Of a DNA stretch of 64,000 bases, positions 17,390 to 27,217 are shown in pieces (within the stretch, counting starts at the first letter, position 1; each line of letters begins with the position of its first letter). A program made the translations under genes and the position numbers. Source of the DNA: a virus (lineage: Duplodnaviria; Heunggongvirae; Uroviricota; Caudoviricetes); the IMG/VR virus record IMGVR_UViG_2802429331_000003, positions 1 to 64,000 of that record; one strand, 5' to 3'. The notes under the pieces are model-generated. The model had not been told where the DNA came from. It made no database searches and saw only the letters and a program-made list of their open reading frames with translations.

Positions 17390-20300
17390 TCAGCGGGTCA
17401 TGAACCCCGCGGCCTTCTGCTGCTGACGCAACGCGTTCTTGCGGAGCGCCTCGTCGATGTTGGTGACGTGGTAGTGGATGTGCTCCTCCACGACCTTCTG
17501 GGCGTTCTGCACCGCGGTCTGGGCATTTGCGCTCGCCTGCTGCGCGGCGGTGGTGATCGCTGCGCCCGGATTCGCCAGCGCCGCACGGGCGTCCTTGTAT
17601 CCGGGCACCCGGTTGCCCAGCTCGTAGTTGATGACCTGGTTGAGCTGGTTGTCGGAGTCGGTGGCCGCGGAGTACGCCTGCGAGAGGAATCCGGAGCCGC
17701 TGATGCCCAGGTCGCTGGTGAACTGGTCCCAGATCGCCTTGGTCGCAGAGCTTCCGGCCTTGCTCCAGATCGCCTGGTAGTGCGCCGGGTCGCGGGTGGT
17801 CTCGGCCGCCTTCTGGTACGCCTCGGCGGCCAGCTGATCCGCGGACTTTGCCGGGGCTTCCGTCGTGGCCGGGGTGTCCGTGGCCGGCTGCTCGGTGTTC
17901 CCGTTCTCGTCGGTCGTGGTGCCGTCGGCGTTGAGCACCGGGGTGGTCGCGTTCGGATCCGGGTTCTCGGGCTGGATATCGCCGTTGCTGTCACCGGTCG
18001 GTGTTTCGCCGTTCTCCAGCTCGCCGGTGACCAGGCCCTGATCGGCGTCCACTGTCGCGGGAGTTCCTGCGCCGGTACCGGTCTCGTTCGCCTTGCCCGA
18101 CGCGCCGCTGCCGCCGTTGCTGGCGCTCGCACCGCTGGTGTCCTTGGACTGGCTCGGATCGGTTTGCTTCGGCTTGCCCTGCTGCTTGGTGATCAGCTTG
18201 GCCGACTTCTTCAGGGCCTTCGCCGCGGCCCCGATGACCTTGGACAGCATCTCCACGAACGAGGCCGGACCGGTGGGCGTTGTGTAGCCCTCAAGCCCTG
18301 TGACCGAGCCCGCCAGCGCATTCAGCTGGCTGACCATGGTCTGCCATTGGTCGTTGGTGAACACGGGCTCAGGCTTGCCGGACATGTTCCAGCCCCAACC
18401 CATGTGCGGCAACCAGCCACCTTGGTCGTAGCCGTGACCCTGGCCCCACTGCGCGCCGAGGTCGTCGCCGTAGCGGGCACGGTAGTAGCGCAGCGCGGCG
18501 CTGATGTTCGCGTCCGGGTTCGTTCGGTCGTTCGGCAGTGACGGATTGCGGTATGCGGCAAAGGTTCCCGGGATCAGCTGAAGCAGGCCGACGCCTTCGT
18601 TTCCACCAGAGTTGACGTCCTTGATCTGCTGGATGATGTTCGGGTTGCCGCTGGACTCGGACTGGATCTGGGCCAGGGTGAGGCGGATGTTCCGCTCATC
18701 GGCGGTGAAGCCTTCGCGCTCGAGCGCTGCGATAACGTTGGGCCGCCACTGTTCTACGCCGGCGCTGATGTCGAACGGGGTGACTCCGGCATCCTGCGAT
18801 TTGCCGACCGCAGAAGAGACGGCGTCCATGACGGTCGAGAACGCAGCTCCAGCGATCTGCTCGATGCCCGAGTTGCCCAGTTTGGGCATCTGCGCTTTGA
18901 CCTTCTCCATGGGCTGGAGCAGCAGCTCCTGAATCTTGCCCGTCGCCGCGGTGAGCGCGGACCCGTCGCCAGTAGGCATGACCGAGCCCGACACATCGCC
19001 TAGGGCCTTCTCCAACGCCCAGTGCACGTGGGAAACGTGCTGAGCCATCGTGTCGGCGCCGAACCTGGCCATGCCGTCACCGACATCAGTGAAGTCGTCG
19101 ATGTTGTGGTTGAACGGCGAGTGGATCAGCTCGCGGGTGCTGGTCAAGAAGTTGGAGGCGATCCACGCCGCCAGCTTTTGCATGGCCGGGGTGTCGGTGG
19201 TGCCGTCGCTGAAGTCGCCGGCCTGCCCGGTCGAATGAAATGAACCGGGCTCGTTGCGGTAGCCCGAGGTGAGCTGCATCCCGGGAAACCGTTCCTTGAT
19301 GGCCGATTCCATCGAGCCGACGATGCCGCCGGTGGCGAACGCACCACCGAACGTGGTCCCCGCCATCTGAGCCTGGACTGCGGGCACGCCGCCAGCGCGG
19401 GCCGCGGCGTTCATGCCGTGGATCCAGTCCGACCCGACCGCCCGGGTGAACTCGGGGCGCATGATCGCCTCACCACCGCCGACAGCGATGGTGGTGGTGT
19501 CCCGGTTCGGGGTGTAGCCGGGGATGATGCCGCCGGTCCAGTAGCCGCCGCTGATCCCCGTCAGCTCTGCGTCCCACTGCGGCAGCGATGGCAGGACCGT
19601 GCGCACCGAATTCCAGGCGTTCTTCAGCGCGACGAACGCGGTGGTAATGATCCAGCTGATCGGATCTGCCACTGCCTTTTTCACCCCGGCGAATGAGGTG
19701 GTGATGTTGGTCGGCGCGGAGGAGAACTTGGTCTCCATGTCGCCGACGGCCTTGGTCAGGGTCGGCAGGATGGTGTCGGTCAGATTTTTGACGTGGCCGT
19801 CGATTCCGGTGACCAGGCCCTGCCACGCTTTGAGTGCTCCGGTCTCGCCGAGATGTTCGGTGAACTTGGTTTGCAGCGTCGCGATTGCGCCGCTGAGATC
19901 GTCGACTTTCGGCTTGGCGTTCTCGGTTGCGGTCTTGGTGTCGTCGAGTCCCTTTGCGACCTTGCCCATTTCGGTGGCGACGTCGCCGAACGAGGTCTTG
20001 AGCTTGTTGACCACGTCGAGCAGCTCGTTGTACGCCTTGGTGGTCGGCGCCAGATCGGGCTGCTGCTGTGCGGCGGGCTGGCTGGCCTTGGGGTCGACCG
20101 CGGGGGCAGGCTGCCCGGTCTTGGGATCGACTGCCGGGGCGACCTGACCATTCGCGGGCTGCTGCTGACCGTTCGGGACGGTGCCGACCGCCGGGGCGGC
20201 CACGGCGGGCAGGCCCCCGGGCACGCCCAGCGGGTTGTTCTGTGCTGCGGCATTACCTGCCTTGGCGGTCAACAGGTTTCGCAGTGACGCGTCATCGAGG

Positions 20301-23300
20301 CCGTATGCGGCCAGCAGCGCATTGAGCTGCGTTTCGTCTGTGATGCCGGTCTTCGCGCCGATTTGCGCCTGGTAGCCAGCGAGCAGGGTCCGCGTCTTGG
20401 CCTCGGCGGTATTGATGGCGGCTTCGACGTTGCGGGTCGGGTCGGCGTTGAGGGCCTGCACGATCTCGCTGGAGGCCATCGTGTCCAGGCCGGTCTGCGC
20501 GGCTTGGATCGCTTCGAGAAGGGCGCGACCGTTCGCCGACTCCTCGTTGACGAGGTTGCCGCCGGTGTAGGAAGCGCCACCCGAGTCCTCGAACTGGAGG
20601 CCCTTGAGGTTGTCGAGCGCGGCGAACGCGCCGGCGCGGCTGTTCTGAAAGATGTTGGTGTTGCCGCGCTGTTTGGCCAGTTCGCCAGCGAGTTTCGCGA
20701 CCGCGTCGGAGGCTTCGAGGTTGCCGTCGCGCAGCTTGTCGATGGTGTCCTTGAGGCGGCTGGCCGCGGACTGGTTGTCCAGGAACTCCTTTCGGAGCTT
20801 GGAGAGCCGGTCGGTCGCGTTCTTGACCGCCTGGTCGGTGTCACCGTCGTGTTTGAGGCCCGCGACGAACTCGTTGAACCTCGATTGGGTACCGAGGATC
20901 GCGTCGTTGATCTCGGTGTCGCTGTAGTCGTCGAGGACGCCCTTGATGTCCTCGTTTTCCTTCGCGGACTTGTTGCGGTCCCGGTAGAACTGCTGGCGCT
21001 TCTGGTAGTCCTCCTGCTTCTCGATCCAGTGCGAGGGGCGCAGGTTGTCCCAGAACTGGTCGCTGTTGCTGTACTTGCCCTTGATCTGGTCGTCGATCTC
21101 GGCGCGGAAATCCTTGACCGCGCCGAGCTGGGTGCCGCGGACGCCGTCGTCGACGAGTCCATCGGAGTTGTTCAGGGCGCTCTTGATGTCGGTGGCGTAG
21201 GTCTTGCGGAACTCGGCGTGGTCCTTGATGGACTGCTTGAAGTCCGCTTCCTTTTGGTTCAGCTCGTCGAGCTTGCCCGTGAAGTAGGAGAACCCGGCCG
21301 CCGCGGCGGTGAACGCCAAAGTCCATGGGCCACCGAGGGTTTCAACCACACCGGAAAGCCCGGACCTCACCGAGGACAGCGCAGATGCGGCCCGGCCGGG
21401 CAGTGCATCGAAGCTGCGGCCAACGGTATCGCGCATGGCGGTGGCGCGGGTGAGGACGCCACGCTGGAAGGTGTCGTAGCCGTTGGTGGTGCGGTCGAAC
21501 GAATTCTGCGCCGCGGTGTGGCTTTCACTCCAAACGCGCTTGAAGTCGCTCAGCAGCCCCGAAAGGCCGCTCCTGGCGCTGCGGGCGGCGTTCGTGGCAG
21601 CGTTTGCGGTGTCGCGCGCCGCGCTGCCCATCGCGCTACCGAGGGATGCGCCCTCGCGGCGGCCGGTCGCAGCAGTCTCGGCAGCCTGACGGCGGCCCGT
21701 CCGCGAGGCAGCGTCGGCCTGATTCTGCACGGCCTTGCTGGACCGCTTGCCCTGGCTTTCGGCAGCCTGACTGGCACCCTCGGCTTGTTTACGGGTTGCC
21801 TCGGATGCGGCTGCCGCCTGCTGGTTGATCGCCTGGGATGCGGTGCTGGCCTGCCGGGAAACAGACTCGGATGCGGTCTTGGCGGCACCGCTGGTGCTGT
21901 CCAGATCAGCCTTCGCCTGTGCCGCAGCGGGATTGGGTTGTGCGGTGCCAGTTCCACCCCGAGGGGTCTGTCCATCGGTTCCCTGGACGCCGGTAACGAT
22001 GTCGCTGGTGTCGAACTCATCGGCCCGGCCGGCGGCGGAGTCGGTCGGTATGAAGGTGACCGGCTCGAACTTCTTGGGCAGCTGGCCGCGGCGGACCGCG
22101 CGACCCCGGCGACGCCGTTGCGCCTGCTGGGTCTGGCTGGGTCCGCTCTTGCGGGGGGTGCGGGGTGTCCGCTTCTTGCGGTCGTTCTGGTCGGCAGTTG
22201 GCGACGAGGCGCTGTCGTCTCCACCATCGGCTGCACCGCCAGCACTACCGGCCTCCGCGGAGGTCTTCTTCTTGTCGTCGCTGTCTTCGGCTTCGGATTC
22301 GAGAGCGAGGTCCAGGACGGAACCGGGCTCGCCGCCGGCGCCCTCGGCGTCGTCCTTGTTCTTCTTGCCCTTCTTCTTTTTCTTCTTCTTGCCGTCGCGC
22401 GAGCCGTCGGCGTCGGCGTCGGCCGCGGGCAGGCCGTTAACTCGCTGGGAGGAGTCCTCGGTGGTCTTGACGAATCCGACGATGGTGCGGCCGAGGTTCT
22501 GGAAGACGCCGGTCAAGGTGCGCAGCGCGAAGAACCCGACCAGCACGGTCAGCAGGGCGTTGAGGCCATCGCCGAGCCCGGTCACGCTCATGACGGCGGT
22601 GGCGAGAGTCGCGAAGGCGTTCGCGACGTCGGCCAGGACCTTCAGCGTCTGGCCGCCCATGGTCTGAATGGCGTCGCCGAACAGCGCGTTGAACAGCCCT
22701 GCGATGCCGCCGACGAGCCGCCGGATATCGGCGAGGATCTCCGAGACACGCCCGAAGACGGACTGGATCTTCGCCGCGCCCTCAGCGGATTTGGTCCATT
22801 CTTCGAATCGGGCAGTCGATTGGACAAGGCTGCCCATCATGGAGTCGCCCTCGCCGCGCAGTGCCGCGAAGAATCCGCGCACGCCGCCGAAGGTGTTGCC
22901 GACGACCTGGCCGAGCTGCTGCATCTTCTCGATGCCCTGGTTGATCGAGTAGTTCAGCTCGCCGGTCTGGCGCTTGAGGTCGATCTTTTCTGACCAGCGC
23001 GTAGCCACGGTGTTGATGGCCTGGCCCAGGCTCGGCAGGACTGCGGAACCCGCGGTGGTGAGGTCGACGAAGATCTTCGTCAGCGGGGTGGCGGCGCTGC
23101 TGAGACCGCGGAACATGCCGGAGGTGTTCGACAGGAAGGTGTTGAAGTCGTTGATCGACTTCGGCTCGCTGAATACCTTCAGCGAGTTCTTGATTCCGCC
23201 GTTGATCTCGGAGTTGATCGCGGCCAGGCCCAGACTCAGGGTCGGCAGCTGCTTGCGCGAAACGTCGGCGATGGCCTTGCCGAGGCCGTTGGTCAGCGCG

Positions 23301-25948
23301 TCCTGCGAGGTCTTGCGTAGCTGGGTCCACTCCGGGCCGAGCGCGCGGATCTGGTCGACGAGGTCTTTCGCGTTGGGCGAGAGCTTCTTGTAGACCTTCT
23401 CGAATTGCTCGCCGAGCCCGGAGTTGCCGAGCTTCTCGAGGATTCGTTTCTGGTCGTCGAGAGCGTTCTGGTAGTTGCGGGCGGCCCGTTCGGCGCGCTT
23501 GTTGGCGTCCTCGTTGGCTTGGGCGACCGACTCGGCCACGTCCTTGAGCCGCTGCTGAGACTCAACCAGCGAGCCATTCGCGTCAACCAGTGCCTTCCGA
23601 GCGGCGATAACGTCTTCGTCGCCCTCGATGCCGTCCTTGTTGGCCTTGGCGGCGGCGTCGACTTCCTTCTTGTTGTTCTTCTGGACTTCTTCGAGGTTGA
23701 AGCTGGCCTGCTCGGCGTCGATCTGCGCCTGGGCGATGTCGATCCAACTGGCGTTCGGATCGGCGGCGGTCTTGATGACGTTCTGGCCGGCCTTGAGCGC
23801 GGACAGGGCGGCGCTGCGTTCGTCGAGGGAGTTGTCGCGCAGTGCGTCATTGAGGTCGCGGATCTTTTCCGCCGCGTTCTCTCGCGCCTTATTCAGGTTC
23901 TCCTGCGCGGTCTTCGTGCGGTCTAGTGCTGACTGCACCGACTTCTCGGCCGAAGCGATCTGGCGCGCGCCGGAAACTGCTGTGCGGTCGGCGTTTTCGC
24001 GTGCGTCCGCGAGCGAGTCATAGGTGTCGGCCACCTTTTCGGCGGCGTCCTGCTGCTTGTTGGCGACATCAGCGGCCGATTCGCCCGCGTCCTTGGCGGC
24101 CTTGAACGCGCCGATGATGCCACTGCCGCCGACGGCCAACGCGGCGATACCGGCACCGGCGGCGGTGATGATGGCGGGCAGCGTGGCCAGTGCGGAGGCG
24201 GCCTGCGCGGCGGAGGAGATCAGGGGCAGCAGGTTGACTGCGCCCATGGCAGCCAGCGCCGCAGCGGAAGTGGTGGCGATCTGGCCGATCGACGACAGGT
24301 AGCGACCTGCGTAGATGAGTTTGCTGTTGAGCTCTTCGAGCCAATTGCCGGTACCGGCGTCGAGGCGTTCGGTGAGCCGCAGAAATGGGTTGGACCGTTC
24401 GCGGCGGTCGAGTCCGCCGCTGGCTTCGCTGTATCGGGTCCGGGCGACAGCAGTACGGGAGACGTTGCGTTTGAGGCTGGTGTCGGCCTTGTCGCGGTCG
24501 AGGATGGCCGCCTTCAGCTCGCGTTCAGCGGCAGTGCGGCGTGTGATCGAGGAGGTGGCGTCGTTGTCGACTTGGTATTTGGTCAGGGATGCGGCTGCGA
24601 CGCGCTCATTGGCGGTCTTGACGCGGTCTTCGAGCAGTTTGGCTTCCTGCTCAAGGACATCGAGGTCGGCGGCGGCCTGTTTGGCGCGGTTGATGGCGTA
24701 GTAGTCAGCGCCGCTGAGCCGTCGGTTCTTGCCGTTGCTCTTGGTGCGCAGCGCGTTCTCGCGTTGGGAGATCTTGCGCAGGTTCTCGTTGGGGTCACCG
24801 TCGGCGGGAACGAGACCCATCTGCGCGCGCATGGCGGCTTCGGTGTCGCGGCGGGCTTTCGCCATCGCCTTCTTGTCGATGTCCTTGGTGGACACCGACT
24901 GTCGGAACTGGTCGCGCAGTTTGTCGGCGTCCTTGCGGGCCTGTACGAGCGCGGCTTGGGTTTCGGTGGCGCGCTTGCGCGAGGCCGCAGCAGCGTCGCT
25001 TGTGCGGTCGAATGCGGCCTGCGCCTTGGAGAGCTTGGCGCTGTCGCCCTTGACCTCAGCTTCTGCCAGGCCGCGGATCGTCTGGCGGACTGCGTGATCG
25101 GCCTTCTTGACCGACGTCCACGCAACGGCGGCTTCGCGGACGAGTTTGTCTTGCGTGCGGGCAGCTTTGGACCATGCCTTGGCGCGGCGCTCGGTGGTTT
25201 CGGTCAGCTTGCCGGCACCGGCGATCTCGTCTTCGACCTTGGCCTCGTAGCCGCGCAGCGCCTTGGCGGCGCGCTTGCCGGCGGGCTTAAGCGCCTCGCG
25301 AAGCTCCTTCTCCCTGCCCGCGACCTTTTCGGCGAAGTCGTTCGCTTCGCGGGTGCGGGTGGTCTTCTTCTTCTGGGCCCGGACGTCTTCGTCGGCGTAG
25401 CGTTCCTGGCGCGCTGCACGCGAGTCAGCGCGCCGAGCTGCACGTGCGGCGGCCCGGCGGGCCTGGTCGTTGCGATCCTCTTGGGCCTTGATCTGTTCAC
25501 GACCGGTCGCGCGGTTCTTCGCGGCGTTGGTGGTGTTGGCCGCCTTGCCCTGCTTGATCTTCAGGTCGTCGGCGAGGATCCTCTGGACATTGAGGCCCTT
25601 GCCCGTCGTTTTGCGGACCTCGTCCTTGAATGCCTTGGACCACGCCTTGGCGAAAGTGCGGCCGAATAGGTCACCTTCGGTGGAAGCGTCGCGGCGGATA
25701 CGCGAGAGCTCGTCGCCGAGATGCTTTTCGCGTTCTCGGCTGGACCTGGCGTGGTCGGCGTCGCTGCGAGCCTTTCCCGCAATGTCGCCCTCGCGGTCGG
25801 CCTGCTTCCGGGCGGCGGCCTCGCGGTCGCGGTTGTTCTTGCCTTCGTTGGCGACCGGGGTGTTCTTGACACCGCGCTCCACGTCCTTGAGGAAGTCGGT
25901 CATGTCTGCGCCGACAGCGATCTTTACGTGACCAGCGATCAGAGACAT
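17390..25948 (-). CDS. Tape measure protein, 2852 aa, with embedded lytic transglycosylase (SLT-like) and M15-like zinc-peptidase motifs.
   Basis: Ala/Glu/Lys/Arg coiled-coil N-terminal half; Gly/Ala hydrophobic repeats; poly-Lys tract GKKKKKKKGKKNKDD; SLT-like LTLAQIQSESSGNPNIIQQI...GVGLLQLIPGTFAAYR; M15-like SGYRNEPGSFHSTGQAGDFS...HSPFNH. Located between the chaperone genes and Dit. Confidence 0.85.
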   Translation of the reverse strand: MSLIAGHVKIAVGADMTDFLKDVERGVKNTPVANEGKNNRDREAAARKQADREGDIAGKARSDADHARSSREREKHLGDELSRIRRDASTEGDLFGRTFAKAWSKAFKDEVRKTTGKGLNVQRILADDLKIKQGKAANTTNAAKNRATGREQIKAQEDRNDQARRAAARAARRADSRAARQERYADEDVRAQKKKTTRTREANDFAEKVAGREKELREALKPAGKRAAKALRGYEAKVEDEIAGAGKLTETTERRAKAWSKAARTQDKLVREAAVAWTSVKKADHAVRQTIRGLAEAEVKGDSAKLSKAQAAFDRTSDAAAASRKRATETQAALVQARKDADKLRDQFRQSVSTKDIDKKAMAKARRDTEAAMRAQMGLVPADGDPNENLRKISQRENALRTKSNGKNRRLSGADYYAINRAKQAAADLDVLEQEAKLLEDRVKTANERVAAASLTKYQVDNDATSSITRRTAAERELKAAILDRDKADTSLKRNVSRTAVARTRYSEASGGLDRRERSNPFLRLTERLDAGTGNWLEELNSKLIYAGRYLSSIGQIATTSAAALAAMGAVNLLPLISSAAQAASALATLPAIITAAGAGIAALAVGGSGIIGAFKAAKDAGESAADVANKQQDAAEKVADTYDSLADARENADRTAVSGARQIASAEKSVQSALDRTKTAQENLNKARENAAEKIRDLNDALRDNSLDERSAALSALKAGQNVIKTAADPNASWIDIAQAQIDAEQASFNLEEVQKNNKKEVDAAAKANKDGIEGDEDVIAARKALVDANGSLVESQQRLKDVAESVAQANEDANKRAERAARNYQNALDDQKRILEKLGNSGLGEQFEKVYKKLSPNAKDLVDQIRALGPEWTQLRKTSQDALTNGLGKAIADVSRKQLPTLSLGLAAINSEINGGIKNSLKVFSEPKSINDFNTFLSNTSGMFRGLSSAATPLTKIFVDLTTAGSAVLPSLGQAINTVATRWSEKIDLKRQTGELNYSINQGIEKMQQLGQVVGNTFGGVRGFFAALRGEGDSMMGSLVQSTARFEEWTKSAEGAAKIQSVFGRVSEILADIRRLVGGIAGLFNALFGDAIQTMGGQTLKVLADVANAFATLATAVMSVTGLGDGLNALLTVLVGFFALRTLTGVFQNLGRTIVGFVKTTEDSSQRVNGLPAADADADGSRDGKKKKKKKGKKNKDDAEGAGGEPGSVLDLALESEAEDSDDKKKTSAEAGSAGGAADGGDDSASSPTADQNDRKKRTPRTPRKSGPSQTQQAQRRRRGRAVRRGQLPKKFEPVTFIPTDSAAGRADEFDTSDIVTGVQGTDGQTPRGGTGTAQPNPAAAQAKADLDSTSGAAKTASESVSRQASTASQAINQQAAAASEATRKQAEGASQAAESQGKRSSKAVQNQADAASRTGRRQAAETAATGRREGASLGSAMGSAARDTANAATNAARSARSGLSGLLSDFKRVWSESHTAAQNSFDRTTNGYDTFQRGVLTRATAMRDTVGRSFDALPGRAASALSSVRSGLSGVVETLGGPWTLAFTAAAAGFSYFTGKLDELNQKEADFKQSIKDHAEFRKTYATDIKSALNNSDGLVDDGVRGTQLGAVKDFRAEIDDQIKGKYSNSDQFWDNLRPSHWIEKQEDYQKRQQFYRDRNKSAKENEDIKGVLDDYSDTEINDAILGTQSRFNEFVAGLKHDGDTDQAVKNATDRLSKLRKEFLDNQSAASRLKDTIDKLRDGNLEASDAVAKLAGELAKQRGNTNIFQNSRAGAFAALDNLKGLQFEDSGGASYTGGNLVNEESANGRALLEAIQAAQTGLDTMASSEIVQALNADPTRNVEAAINTAEAKTRTLLAGYQAQIGAKTGITDETQLNALLAAYGLDDASLRNLLTAKAGNAAAQNNPLGVPGGLPAVAAPAVGTVPNGQQQPANGQVAPAVDPKTGQPAPAVDPKASQPAAQQQPDLAPTTKAYNELLDVVNKLKTSFGDVATEMGKVAKGLDDTKTATENAKPKVDDLSGAIATLQTKFTEHLGETGALKAWQGLVTGIDGHVKNLTDTILPTLTKAVGDMETKFSSAPTNITTSFAGVKKAVADPISWIITTAFVALKNAWNSVRTVLPSLPQWDAELTGISGGYWTGGIIPGYTPNRDTTTIAVGGGEAIMRPEFTRAVGSDWIHGMNAAARAGGVPAVQAQMAGTTFGGAFATGGIVGSMESAIKERFPGMQLTSGYRNEPGSFHSTGQAGDFSDGTTDTPAMQKLAAWIASNFLTSTRELIHSPFNHNIDDFTDVGDGMARFGADTMAQHVSHVHWALEKALGDVSGSVMPTGDGSALTAATGKIQELLLQPMEKVKAQMPKLGNSGIEQIAGAAFSTVMDAVSSAVGKSQDAGVTPFDISAGVEQWRPNVIAALEREGFTADERNIRLTLAQIQSESSGNPNIIQQIKDVNSGGNEGVGLLQLIPGTFAAYRNPSLPNDRTNPDANISAALRYYRARYGDDLGAQWGQGHGYDQGGWLPHMGWGWNMSGKPEPVFTNDQWQTMVSQLNALAGSVTGLEGYTTPTGPASFVEMLSKVIGAAAKALKKSAKLITKQQGKPKQTDPSQSKDTSGASASNGGSGASGKANETGTGAGTPATVDADQGLVTGELENGETPTGDSNGDIQPENPDPNATTPVLNADGTTTDENGNTEQPATDTPATTEAPAKSADQLAAEAYQKAAETTRDPAHYQAIWSKAGSSATKAIWDQFTSDLGISGSGFLSQAYSAATDSDNQLNQVINYELGNRVPGYKDARAALANPGAAITTAAQQASANAQTAVQNAQKVVEEHIHYHVTNIDEALRKNALRQQQKAAGFMTR

Positions 25949-25979
25949 GTCGAACCCTTTGTGGCAGTGGGAGATTGGG

Positions 25980-26845
25980 TCAGAACCCGAACGCGGCCTC
26001 GGCAGCCTTCGCGCGTTCGCGTTCGCGGCGGGAGTGGATGACGTCGACTGCGGAGACCGGGCGTGGCATCGGCTCGGGCCGCGGCGGGGTCTTGCCCGGC
26101 GGCAGGTTGACCGCGATGAGAGTGGTGTTGAGGTTCTGCAACAGATCCGCGATCGTCAGCAGAAGGTGAGCGTTGAGGTCGTAGCCAGCCGAGGACCGCA
26201 TGACCGGGTCGGCGTCTTCGGATGTGGCCCCGGCCTGTTGGGCTTCGTTGGCTTCCTCGAGACGGACCAGGTGCTCAGCCAGGTCCATGTCCATCGCCTG
26301 GGAGGCGCGGTAGCGAGAGCCATCGGGGAGCTGCCGCAGGAAACGGGAGAGTTTGGCCCACGGCAGCTCACCGCGAAAGAAGTCGAGCAGGTCAACGCCC
26401 CAGTAGGCGTGCAGATCCCACTCGATGGCCTCGTAGTGCTTCTCGATGAGCGCTACGAGGCCGAGTCGCCCCCCGGGAATTCCTCGGCACCGCCATCGGC
26501 GCCCTTGTTGAAATGCCGGTTGATGTCCTCGATCAGCGCGAGGGTGACATCGAGGGGCTGGTCGCGCAGCGCGTCCCAGACCTTGGCGAAGGCGGCCTCA
26601 CCGACGAGCGCGGCCAGCATCTCCGGCAGGTCATCGGGTTCGACGCTGCCGGCCTCGTCAGACAGGCGAGCCAGCATCAGCTGCCGCTCCAGGCCGGTCG
26701 GCGGGGTGATCAGCACCGGCGGGTCGTAGGCGTCGAACACGTACGGCTCGAACTGCTTACGGTCCTTGGTGGCCTCGCGGACCAGGCGAGCCCAGTTCGA
26801 CTCGGACGATGCGGACGACTTCTTCTGGGCCTTGGTGGCAGCCAT
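25980..26845 (-). CDS. Tail assembly chaperone -1 frameshift fusion (G-T-like).
   Basis: Downstream ORF 25980..26294 is in the -1 frame relative to 26453..26845 (end-coordinate mod 3 goes 1 to 2 on the minus strand). A G6 run (ccc ggg ggg cga) lies at the end of the upstream ORF. Confidence 0.5.
26453..26845 (-). CDS. Tail assembly chaperone (G-like), 130 aa.
   Basis: Sits between the major tail and tape measure genes; ends just downstream of the slippery CCCGGGGGGC. Confidence 0.6.
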   Translation of the reverse strand: MAATKAQKKSSASSESNWARLVREATKDRKQFEPYVFDAYDPPVLITPPTGLERQLMLARLSDEAGSVEPDDLPEMLAALVGEAAFAKVWDALRDQPLDVTLALIEDINRHFNKGADGGAEEFPGGDSAS

Positions 26846-26903
26846 GGTTTGAGCGGCTCCTGTATTCAGTTATGTATTTAGTTGTGGATTGCCTTGAGCC
26901 CGT

Positions 26904-27179
26904 TTACTTTCCGGCGGCAGGCCGGACAGTGTTGGGCTTGGGCTTGCGGTCGCTGGAATCGGTCTCGACATCTGCGACCGGCGCGACAGCGCTGTTACCA
27001 ATCTTGGCGACATATCCGGCGCACGCCAGATCATTGACCGAGGTCGGAGTGTGGGCGGTCACCTCGATACCGTCGGGGTGAACCATGACAACGGGAGTGA
27101 AAGCGCTCATGAGAAGCGGAAACCTTTCGTACGTAAAGGATTTGGGGGTGATTGACATACGCCCCACCTGGAGCCGCAC
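26904..27179 (-). CDS. Small hypothetical protein between major tail protein and chaperone.
   Basis: ORF with probable internal start MSITPKSF. Confidence 0.35.
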   Translation of the reverse strand: MRLQVGRMSITPKSFTYERFPLLMSAFTPVVMVHPDGIEVTAHTPTSVNDLACAGYVAKIGNSAVAPVADVETDSSDRKPKPNTVRPAAGK

Positions 27180-27217
27180 ACAAACGCGTGTGCGGCTCCG
27201 GGCAGGGCGGGGGCGGA

